A stretch of 64,000 nucleotides of DNA from positions 1,178,001-1,242,000 of the forward strand of contig OZ287074.1 of assembly GCA_965645245.1 (NCBI GenBank), given 5' to 3'. This document shows, one piece after another, positions 1 through 10,127 of the stretch. The position numbers and the translations under genes are program-made. This DNA comes from Massalongia carnosa. Taxonomy: Eukaryota. The number at the start of each line of letters is the position of its first letter. The first letter of the stretch is position 1. The notes beneath the pieces were generated by a model that made no database searches, was not told where the DNA came from, and worked only from the letters and a program-made list of their open reading frames with translations.

Positions 1-1550
1 AGAAGTGCAAGAATGGTTCAACAAAAAGATTAAGAGCATTGGCGTAAAAAATTGCTCATTTCCAATGTTCGTCTCGCAAGACGTGCTGGAAAGGGAAAAG
101 GACCATATAGAAGGATTTGCGGCCGAAGTGGCCTGGGTTACCCATGCGTAAGTGTTTTGGAGCCTCTGCTCGATTTAGTTGCAGAGTGTTGCCAGTTGCA
201 CTTACATGGCTTCTAGAGGCAATACGCCCCTCGAAAAGAAAATTGCAATCCGCCCAACATCAGAAACGGTCATGTACCCGTATTACGCCAAATGGATACG
301 AAGCCATCGAGACCTTCCACTTAAGTTGAATCAATGGAACTCAGTAGTTCGGTGGGAGTTCAAGCACCCTCAACCATTTCTGCGCACACGGGAGTTCCTT
401 TGGCAAGAGGGGCACACTGCACATCTCACCCGAGAAGGTGCGGGACAGGAGGTTCTGCAAATTCTAGAATGGTATGCAGGCGTCTACGAGGAATTGCTTG
501 CCGTTCCGGTGATTCGAGGGCGGAAGACGGAGAAGGAAAAGTTCGCGGGTGGACTGTACACAACGACAGTAGAAGGGTACATCCCCACGACTGGAAGAGG
601 CATCCAGGGTGGTACCAGCCATTGCTTGGGCCAAAACTTTAGTAAAATGTTCGGCATCACCGTTGAGGATCCCTCAGCTAAAGAAGGAGAGAAGAAGCCT
701 CCCTTGCATGTATGGCAGAACTCATGGGGCCTATCCACTCGTGTCATTGGCGTCATGGTCATGATCCACGGTGATGACCGCGGTCTTGTGCTTCCTCCGC
801 GTGTTGTCGAAACTCAAGTTATTATCATTCCTGTAGGAGTCACGGCAAAATCGAGCGAGGAAGAAAAATCCTCGCTTCACGCGCAATGCGAAGCGCTAGC
901 CGCGATGCTTAGAGCCGTTGGCGTTCGGGTGGAAATCGACCAGCGAGACGGCTACTCTCCCGGCTACAAGTTTAACGACTGGGAACAAAAGGGTGTGCCG
1001 CTGCGCCTTGAATTCGGCCCCGGCGAAATTGCGGGCCATTTCGTTACAACGTCGCGCCGTGACGTCCCCGGCAAGGAAGGCAAGGGCAGGATCCTCATCA
1101 CAGAGCTAGACAAGGAAGTCCCTGCGCTGCTGGACACCATCCAAGCGGATCTCTATCGCCGCGCGGACGAGAAGTTCAAATCGCACACGAAGCAAATCAC
1201 CGAGTGGGAGGATTTCGTGCCCACACTCAACGGCAAGAACGTTATCCTGATCCCGCACTGCTTGACGGAGAAATGCGAGGACGAGATCAAAGATCTGAGC
1301 GCGAGGAAAGAGGTCGACGACGATACCCCCGAGGACGCCAAAGCGCCGAGCATGGGCGCCAAAAGCTTGTGCATTCCGTTCGAGCAGCCGGACGGCATCA
1401 CCAAAGAGACTAAATGCACGAATCCTAACTGCAGCAATCCGGCCGAGAAATGGTGCCTGTTTGGCCGTAAGATCCCCATCCATCTCGTTCCATTGCCAAC
1501 TCGCTTTCAGCGTGCCAGAGCACTAACATTTCGTTGCAGGCAGCTACTGA
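1..1550 (+). CDS. Cytoplasmic prolyl-tRNA synthetase, 5' end outside window; introns ~148-216 and ~1467-1539
   Basis: Class II ProRS motifs [55 protein letters not shown]. Splicing the last GT..AG intron restores the canonical C-terminus FGRSY* (TGA 1548-1550). Confidence 0.96.
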
Positions 1551-2246
1551 GTTGGTCCGCGCGATGACAGTCCAGATCTGCATGAGGAGGAGGCACGGTA
1601 GAATACGCAGGCCATGCATCAGAAGCGAGAAAATCAATACATGTACATGATGGTCATGAACGTCATGTTGTCAATGAGACATGAAACGTCGGGATCAATT
1701 CTTTTTCAAAACGTAGGCCACTATCTACCTACCTGTGTACATACGATGACCTTCCTCTGTCCAAGTCGTTTCGCCCCATCTCATCTTCTCTCCCCAACCT
1801 CTACGTCTTTCCAACCCCTATCCATCCCTCCATTCATCCCCCCCTTTCGACAACAACCCAAAGAGAAACGAGTCTCCCAACGCCAGCAGTGAGCAATTGG
1901 CTACCATAGCTAACCATAGAAGGGTAGCCGTCCATCGGGCTACTTAGGAAACTTTACTTCTAGATCCAGATACATAGGGTAAATACCGTACTCGCCCTTG
2001 AGATCCGTTGGTTTAGGACGCCATTGAAATTGCCACGGAACATAAAATACCCCCTTGCCACCAATTTCCCTTTTTTTTTAAAAAAAAGCCAGATAGGTAA
2101 AACCCCTTTACTCCCCCATTTTATCCTTCGCATCAAGAATTTCCCCACTCATCCCTCCTCCCTGCGGTTATGCCTATCTGCCCCACCCTATCCCACCCCA
2201 CCCCACCCCACCCAACCAACCGACCGACCGACCGTCCATTCATCCA

Positions 2247-3008
2247 TCAACCATCCCCATCCCTTTCCAAAAACCCTGGCTCGTTCTCAACCCTCCGCTC
2301 AAACTTCACCCACCACTCGCGAAAACTCCTTAACGGGACCACCTCCTCCCCGCCCGGCGCCGTGCCCGCGAAGCTGGCCAGGAAGTTGAACGCGTTCTTG
2401 ATGATGCGTTGCGCCAGGACTTTGGTCGGGACGGGGTTTTGCGAGGAGGAGGGGTACCGGGCGGTGGACGAGGAGAGAACGACGGCCAACGAGGAGGAAG
2501 GGGAGGCGCCCAGAGCAGCTAGTTGCGCAGAAAGCGTATCGGACGGCTCGATAGAGATGCCAACCGTGACCTCCCCTAAGAGGCCGTTGCTGCCGATCAT
2601 GGCTGATGGGGAAGTCGTCGACGGGTCATCAACATCGACCATCTCGTCCTCCTGCACCGTGCCCACGATGGTTTCACCCACCCCATTGGTTGCGACCGTA
2701 TGCCCCGCCTCCCGCGCGTGCGCCGGCGCGGCGATCCGGAAAATAGCACTCGGCTTGTCGTTGCTGAGCGCACCGAGCAGTTGAAACTCGGCGCTGGAGG
2801 CCGTGGTGGGGAGCTGGATGTAGACGCCCGCGAGCGTGGCGGGCGGGAGGGCGATGTTGGGCAGGAGGAAGACAACGATATGGCTGAATGGGGGGAGAGA
2901 GGGGAAGGTGAATGCAAATTGCGTTGGGGAAATGGCGAGGGGGGTGGTTTGGACAGGGCGGGAGGGAAGGACGATGCCGAAGAGGGGGAGAGGGGGAGCG
3001 GAGGTCAT
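2247..3008 (-). CDS. OPI10: Hikeshi/Opi10 (DUF775) family protein
   Basis: HIVVFLLP, LGALSNDKPSAIF, VGISIEP, LAQRIIKNAFNFLASF, VVPLRSFREWWVKFERRV are typical Hikeshi-family motifs; intronless 253-aa ORF. Confidence 0.9.
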   Translation of the reverse strand: MTSAPPLPLFGIVLPSRPVQTTPLAISPTQFAFTFPSLPPFSHIVVFLLPNIALPPATLAGVYIQLPTTASSAEFQLLGALSNDKPSAIFRIAAPAHAREAGHTVATNGVGETIVGTVQEDEMVDVDDPSTTSPSAMIGSNGLLGEVTVGISIEPSDTLSAQLAALGASPSSSLAVVLSSSTARYPSSSQNPVPTKVLAQRIIKNAFNFLASFAGTAPGGEEVVPLRSFREWWVKFERRVENEPGFLERDGDG

Positions 3009-3326
3009 GGTGGGAGTTTGGGGTTTTATGGAGGCGGGTGGTGATGATGGTGGAGATGGGGCACGAGAGGAAGGAAAACGGGGAAACGAGGCATTGAATG
3101 ACAGGGTTTCGACATTCTTTAAAGCTGCATTGGGTGGTCAATGGAAGTCCATAGAAGGAGATGGGGTTTGATGATTTTCGCGTAAAGTTGCTTTGTTTCT
3201 CTCAGTTTGACCCCCCAGTTGTTATCGATACGTGCGTCATAGCAATAATCATCGTTCGTACAAAGTAGCCGGCAAGATAGGAGAAATATATGATTAGAGT
3301 GTTTCTTTTATTGAGAATGGTTCATC

Positions 3327-4315
3327 ATGAAGACCAACATAGAATTAGTTATGGAATGTGATAGGTAACCACACCTTTGTGGCATCAATACATCATGATT
3401 AATTAATTCAGCTTTCCATATTATGAAGATGATCCAGACGAATACAAAAAGCGCCTATCATCCTACTACAAATTTCGGCTCTGGGGTGAGAATGAAACGC
3501 GTGGCTATATGCTGGAATGGGTGGTAAACCGGATGATTTGGCCATTAGGGTGGGACATTGACCATGAACATAAGATCGTCCTAACAGGCCTCCCACGCTT
3601 CGAGGATCAGAAGGATCTCATCGCCAAGACAATGGACGTTGCAAGAAAAAATGAACTTTTCAAGTTGCTCAAAGGGTGGCGAGACGAAGCGTATCCGATC
3701 AATCGAGCGCCAAACACTCAGATTGGGATTGAACGCGCTGGAAGCCCCTTGTTTGGAATAGTGACTTATGGCGTTCATCTAACAGCATATGTCAAAGTGA
3801 ATGGTGCTCTCAAGATATGGGTGCCGCGAAGAGCAAATAACAAACAGACATATGGCGGGATGCTTGATAACACCGTAGCAGGGGGCATCGCCATTGGAGA
3901 GAACCCTATGACGACTCTAGTCCGAGAAGCAGCCGAGGAGGCCTCGCTTCCCGAAGACCTAGTTCGCGCAAACGCCAAAGCCGCTGGCACAGTATCATAT
4001 TTCCATGTTCGAGACGAAAGAGCGGGAGGAGAGGTTGGATTACTCCAACCGGAAGTCGAGTATGTATTCGACATGGAGATCAGGCCTGACGTGGTCCCAA
4101 AGCCAGCAGACAATGAAGTCGAGGAGTTCTATCTATGGTCTGTGGAAGAGGTGCAGAAGGCCATGTCGGAGGGCCAATTTAAGCCCAACTGTGCTGTAGT
4201 GCTGTTGGATTTTTTGGTGCGCCACGGAGTGTTGAACAGCGGGAATGAACCGGACTTGATTGAAATTGTCTCGAGGATTCATAGAAAGCTTCCTTTTCCC
4301 ACTCGAGATCTTTAG
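3327..4315 (+). CDS. Nudix hydrolase (YJR142W / thiamine pyrophosphokinase-associated type); intron ~3365-3411
   Basis: IERAGSPLFGIVTYGVH, WVPRRA, GMLDNTVAGG, Nudix box REAAEEASL, EVEEF, FKPNCAVV. A short first exon MKTNIELVMECD splices in frame to the ORF. Confidence 0.88.
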
Positions 4316-4501
4316 AGTCGCAGGACTTTGCTTTACTGTCTGCTTCATGATGGTTCAGTTCCAGCTCCAGTGCTTTTATGCCTTCGAATACCAATCTTTC
4401 TCTTTACAAGGAAACTTCCAAGCTAGAGCCGGGCCATGAAGAACCACAATTGCACCCACAGCTGTCTACCCGGAGTTCAGCCGAAGAGAATGCCTCCGGA
4501 T

Positions 4502-4997
4502 CTATTTCTTAATTAGAAGGTAGACATAATCGATCCGTAATGGCGTCAGCTTCTTGTAAGGTCCCTCCATGTACAGGAGCAAACCCCCAAACGACACGAA
4601 AACCTTGCTACAGAATTCCATCCAGTTAGTACACATTTCCCGACCAAGAAAAAATAAAAACGTGAAACCCATACATGTTGTCCTCATCCCCCTCCTCAAA
4701 CCGATAGATCTTCCCATGACATGCGTAATCGTATTCATCAGCCAAGCTCGCCTCACCTTTCCCCACGTCCCTCCAGCCCTTTCCATCATCCTTACTGCCA
4801 TCCAGCGAGAGCGTCGACGCTAGCAGAATGTGTAGCCGTTCACCGACGGCGCAGGGGAACAGTTCGGTGTTAACGTCGAGGGTGAGGAAGGTATCGCCGT
4901 TTTCGGTATTGGCGGACAGGCGAGCGACGCGCTCGTATTTTTGCGAGTTGAGAGAGGTGACGGTGAAGGTTTCGGCGAAGAGCTGAGAGTCGCCCAT
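4502..4997 (-). CDS. RPB8: RNA polymerase I/II/III shared subunit Rpb8 (RPABC3); intron ~4674-4608
   Basis: KYERVAR, LTLDVNTELFP, LADEYDYACHGKIYRFEE, and after the intron VFVSFGGLLLYMEG...VYLLIKK*. Confidence 0.95.
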
Positions 4998-5199
4998 GGT
5001 TAATCACTACACAAATTTTTTTAAAATAAGAGATCGAGAGAGTGAGCTTGGGTTGGTGAAATAAAATACGCAGAAAGGACGAATAACTAAATAGTTGTGA
5101 TTGGTGGGATAATATTTTCTAAAAGAATTCTTAACTAGCCGCAAGCGCAAGCGAGCATTATATATCCCCCTACCATCCCCCCAGATTCCTTCCCATCAC

Positions 5200-6574
5200 A
5201 TGTCATTCCGCAAACGGAATGTAGCCCTCACCGGCCCCCCTCCTATTCCCAAACCCAACCTTCCCAAATCCCCGACCTCCACCTCCACATCCACCTCTTC
5301 ATCATCCACCATCCCCCCCCCCTCCATCCATACCTCCGCCCCCGCCATCGGAATCCGCCCTTCCCCCCTAGACGGCCGCCCCACAACCTCAACCGGTACC
5401 CTAAGCCTCGATGACCTCCTCGCCGGCCACGCCGGCCTCGCGCTGGGAAACTCGCTTCTGATCGAGGAGAGCGGTACAACGGATTTCGCGAGCACGTTGC
5501 TACGATGTTATGCCGGCGAGGGGGTGCTGCAGGGGCAGAAGGTACATGTGGTGGGCGTGGGGGAGTTATGGGGGAGGGACTTGCCCGGGGTTGTGATTTT
5601 GCAGGGGGGAGGGGAGAAGAGAGAGGGTGGCGGTGAGAAAGAGGGGGAGGAGAAAGGGAGGATGAAGATCGCGTGGCGGTATGAGAAGCTGGGGGAATTT
5701 GGGAATGGGCCAAGAGGTGGGTAGGTTCTTCCCCAGTTGTGGCTGTTTCTGTTATATAGCCAACATCTACGTTATCTTTCTAGAGCCTTCAGGGCCAGTT
5801 GCATAGCCATTAAACTAATTCACAATAGCTTCACCAATCCAAAACCGCTCCCTCCCCTCGTCATTAACGAGCAACCCAGACCTCGCCCCTCCCCAACTAT
5901 TCTGTCACTCCTTCGACCTGACGAAACGCCTCGCCATCCCACCTTCAAACCCAATCAACTTCCTCCCCATCACCGTCGTAAACCAGGACACATCGCCATT
6001 CACAACGATTATTCAAATTATCGCTCGCCAGCTCTCGTCCACCCCACAATCCACCATCCACCGCCTCATCATCCCCGCACTTCTTTCCCCAGCTTTCTAC
6101 CCACAACACGCCAGCGACCCGCAACACGTCCTGCAATTCCTCCACGCTCTCCGCGCTCTCCTCCGCCTTCATCCCATGCGCCTCACAGCTATGCTCACGC
6201 TCCCGTTAACCCTTTATCCGCGCTTCACGGGCCTGGTGCGCTGGATGGAACTACTTTCTGATGGCGTGGTGGAACTGGCGCCATTCCCGTACTCGGCTGA
6301 AACTGGGCCATTGCTGACAACGTCTGGGGCGGCGACGGCCCAGGAGGAGAAGCCACACGGAATGGTCAAGGTGCATCGCCTACCGGTGTTTCATGAGAAG
6401 GGTGGTGGCGGCGGCGGCCAATCGATCGGAATTGGGGGGGACGATTTAGCGTTCACGGTCAGTAGGAGAAGGTTTGCAATCAAGCCCTTCAGTTTGCCGC
6501 CTGTGGAGGGCAATTCGGAGGGGCAAATGAGGGAGGGGGAGCTTGGGGCGACGAAGGTTGACATCGAGTTTTGA
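5200..6574 (+). CDS. ELP4: Elongator complex subunit Elp4 (PAXNEB domain); intron ~5717-5828
   Basis: MSFRKRN, GIRPSPLDGRPTTSTGTLSLDDLLAGHAGL, MKIAWRYE, exon 2 FCHSFDLTKRL, and LAFTVSRRRFAIKPFSLPP. Confidence 0.92.
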
Positions 6575-7124
6575 GATTTGAGTAGCGGTGGGAATATGTG
6601 AAAGAGATAGGCCGGGCTTTTTTTGCAGCTAGTTTGCAGCTAGTTTGCAGGGATAGCGAAATCAATGGCATGGAAACGCTTGCCATACATATTAACCAAA
6701 ATGATTTGCGGATATGAAATCGCTCTCGGAAGCATACAGCAAAATGTAGTGAACGGTCTTATGCAAACTCCAAGAAGAACTCTGCTGCACCCTTTCCATC
6801 AGTAGCATTACCTTGATGAGAGTGAACTGGCAGTTATTTCCACTCAAAGCTTCAACTCAAAATCAACGCAAACCGTTCGCAGACGAGAAAAGAAGTAGGT
6901 TTTAACCCCATCGAATTTATTTTTCATACTATTGACATTCACCTATCTGTTGACTCTCTCATGGCATCTTCCCAGGCGGCAAGGTAGTCATGCTAGAAAA
7001 GCGTTGCCCCAACCAAAAAATCTATTCATAGTATCCGAGTAACGTGGGACTGGTATCGCATAAGACTTCAAGTTGGAGCCGGCCTACGGAGATTCAGATG
7101 GAGTACAAATATGCGTAATTTAAC

Positions 7125-7484
7125 TTACAGTCTGGAGCGGTAGGCAGGATCAGCACGTTTGACGTGAATATTCTCCATAAGAAGACTAATTTCCTCCAGC
7201 ATCGTCTCAAGTTTACGCTCTGCAGCCTTAAGGCTTTCGTACACACAATCGAGATCTGGGGCGAGTGTACTGTCCATCAACGCCGTATAATCTGGGGGAG
7301 GGCGGAGTAAAATTTGTCGGCGATTATGTTCTAAAAATGCGCCGACAGCTACATTGTACGCTGCACTAGCCGTTACTACCGGTGCCACTATCTCTTGCAG
7401 CTCATATCCTAGAGCTCTACACGTTGTAGCGATCTCCACATGTTCTATAGCGTAGAAGCTGCTAGACTGCCGAATGGTGGGCAT
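7125..7484 (-). CDS. Possible orphan ORF or exon (119 aa), function unknown
   Basis: ORF with a coiled-coil-like C-terminus and an upstream branch/acceptor-like GCTGAC..AG on the minus strand. No recognisable motif, and I could not build an in-frame 5' exon. Confidence 0.2.
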   Translation of the reverse strand: MPTIRQSSSFYAIEHVEIATTCRALGYELQEIVAPVVTASAAYNVAVGAFLEHNRRQILLRPPPDYTALMDSTLAPDLDCVYESLKAAERKLETMLEEISLLMENIHVKRADPAYRSRL

Positions 7485-8576
7485 TTCGAGCTTTGCTTTC
7501 GAAGAAAGTCAGCGGAGACCTTTTTGAGATCGACCATCAACCTACCTTAATAGTATGCTTATGACCTTTCACAATGGAAATAATGGAACTCACGTTTTGA
7601 GATAACTTGGTAGGCTTCGAAGAATAAGGTAACTGATGATGAGAGATATCAATAGTACGAATAGCCTGTTGAAGTCATTCGAAATATTCATGAAGCTCCC
7701 ATGCCCTCGCCTTCTAGGCTAACCGCGTTCCTAAAATTGCTGCACCAAGAAGGCACGACTTGCAAAACAACTTTGCCCGAAGGTCTACCAAGGATGCCTT
7801 TGCTGGGCCTGACGGTTTTCCACATCAATCAACAAGTTTGTTGATAAAGACGTTGCGTTTAGATGGGTTCTGAATGAAAACATAGGGACTTTAGCCAGGT
7901 GGCTTGTTTAACTTGAGCTATTGCTTCAGAATGAAACAGTGGCCGACCCATCGTCCTTGCTTTCCGAATCCTGCTTTGTGTCATGTAGCCCGTTGAAGCA
8001 TCTCATTCTTTGCGGAAGCAGGCTTTGTGTTAGATTCATGAAACTGCGAAGATCGATTGATGATGGAGTTCAAACACTGTATATCACCAGTTGTTCAAAG
8101 GCGCAATATTGCGGTCACTTACCAACACAGTGTTTGGACCCTAATGAGAAACGTTTATTTTGAAATTAGGAAAGTCGAAGTCGAAGAATACCGACTAAGC
8201 TGAAGAATACGCTTGCATTATCAACATCTCCCTTAACGAAACATCCTCGACTCTCTGGGTTTGAAAAAACCTCAAATGTAGACCTATGGCCCGCTTTGAG
8301 AAGGCTTCCGAGTCCGTCTGATGTCTGATACTATAAAACACAAATAGACTTAACGGCTGCAGTCATACATTTAACCGTTGTAATAGAAATGGGTAATGTA
8401 ATTGAAAAAGGGCAACAGTTATCACAAGCTCTGGATGCGCTACTATAGATGTTTTTCGGTAAATGCGCAGATCATAGAAGACATTGCCTCAGTACCTCAG
8501 ACGTGCCCGGCTAAGCCCCTTCGGGTTAGCCTTACAGAACGTTAAGCCCCTTCGGGTTAACAGGCTGACTACGCAG

Positions 8577-9906
8577 CCACGCGGGGGACAAAAAAAAAAC
8601 TACACCAAAATTTAACCGGGCTCAACTCCCCACCAAAACACAAGCAATTTACATACGATTTTGATGGGATAATTATCATTATTATGAATTCTAAACATAT
8701 CGAGACTCCTACCAAAGCTAAAATTCAGGGAGCCGTTGAATTTTGCGAAAAGCAAGGCATTTCTTATCACAAAGAGGATGTTTTTCGCACATTTGATGTG
8801 GAACGTACGAGGGGCTATGCATACCTGCGTGAAGGAGCCTCATCACGCCGTCATCATAATAATTCCGATGTTTCTGAAGCTCGTGGGCGTCACAAAATTG
8901 TTACGCCTAAATTGATTAGAGAAATGGAACGGCTATTGGAAGAAGAAGGTATGGAGGCGCGCGCTCTTACATGGGAGCAATTGGGCTTCGAAGTAGGCCT
9001 AGACTGCAGTGGCAAAACCATTCAACGAATCATGGGCACCATGGATTATCACAAATGCATTGCGTGCAGAAAGGGATGGGTGAACGAGAAGACAAGAAAG
9101 CTTCGTATGAAGTGGTCAGATGCTATGCTTTCTAGATATCCAAATGCAGAAGACTGGAAACAAGTTCGATTTAGTGACGAAGTGCACTTTGGATGGGGAC
9201 CTCAGGGCAAATTACGCATCATACGAAGATTAGGTGAACGTTATTGTCATGATTGTATTCAAGAAGCAGATGAACCAGACGAGGCCGTCAAGAAGAGACA
9301 TCACTGTTGGGCTGCTGCAGGTCATGACTTCAAGTCAGATATCTACTTTTACAGAGTTCCTGGAAACTCCAATGGAAAGATGAGTCAACGAGTCTATATC
9401 GACTCTATATTGGAGCCTATTGTGAAGCCCTGGATTGAAGCAAAACACGATTTCGTCTTAGAAGAAGACGGTGATTCTGGACATGGACCAGGCAAATCAA
9501 ACATTGTACGCACTTGGAAGCAGAACAACGATCTGAAGCACTATTTCAACTGTCCATGTTCACCTGATTTGGCCCCCATAGAAAATTGCTGGCAGGCCCC
9601 GAAGCAATATTTAAAAAAATATCCTCATTGGGATGATGATACGACCAAGGGGCTAATTTATGAGGGGTGGGCGAACGTTTCCCAGGCATTTATCAATGAA
9701 CGGGTGTCTACTATGCCAGATAGATTGAGAGCTGTTTTGGATGGTGAGGGTAAAATGACTGGTTAATGAATAGATTGAATGAATTGGATGACTGGTTGTT
9801 GAAATGGTGATTATCCCATCAAAATTGTATGGAAATTGCTTGTGTTTTGGTGGGGGGTTGAACCCGGTTAAATTTTGGTGTAGTTTTTTTTTTGTCCCCC
9901 GCGTGG
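8577..9906 (+). mobile_element. Tc1/mariner-IS630 superfamily DNA transposon with ~100-bp TIRs, apparently complete
   Basis: TIRs CCACGCGGGGGACAAAAAAAAAACTACACC... at 8577-~8680 and inverted at ~9803-9906; flanked by duplicated CAG (or GCAGC if the TIR starts one base further in); contains a transposase ORF. Confidence 0.93.
8684..9766 (+). CDS. Tc1-like DD37E transposase, uninterrupted 360 aa
   Basis: N-terminal HTH region with GRHK, catalytic VRFSDE, LEEDGDSGH and SPDLAPIENCW (37 residues between the second D and the E); MPDRLRAVLDGEGKMTG C-terminus. Confidence 0.93.
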   Translation: MNSKHIETPTKAKIQGAVEFCEKQGISYHKEDVFRTFDVERTRGYAYLREGASSRRHHNNSDVSEARGRHKIVTPKLIREMERLLEEEGMEARALTWEQLGFEVGLDCSGKTIQRIMGTMDYHKCIACRKGWVNEKTRKLRMKWSDAMLSRYPNAEDWKQVRFSDEVHFGWGPQGKLRIIRRLGERYCHDCIQEADEPDEAVKKRHHCWAAAGHDFKSDIYFYRVPGNSNGKMSQRVYIDSILEPIVKPWIEAKHDFVLEEDGDSGHGPGKSNIVRTWKQNNDLKHYFNCPCSPDLAPIENCWQAPKQYLKKYPHWDDDTTKGLIYEGWANVSQAFINERVSTMPDRLRAVLDGEGKMTG

Positions 9907-10127
9907 CAGCACATCTGTAGCAAGTCTGAGCCCAAAACTCAAGATTATGGTCTTAACGATCATGACAAGAACGATTTCGACCTTATAGAACAACGTCACA
10001 ACTTCAGTGTTTTCATGTTTGTAACGTCGTCGTCGCTTGATATGATCATGATCAATGTATTTTTGATTTTTTCGTTATAAATTTCAATCTTTATTTATGT
10101 TTATAACGTGCAGAGCAGTTTTACATA

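Noticed and set aside
6623..6649. Short tandem duplications (TTTGCAGCTAG here; AGATTGCTTTTA at ~15650-15675)
   Set aside because: Ordinary slippage duplications in a UTR and an intron.
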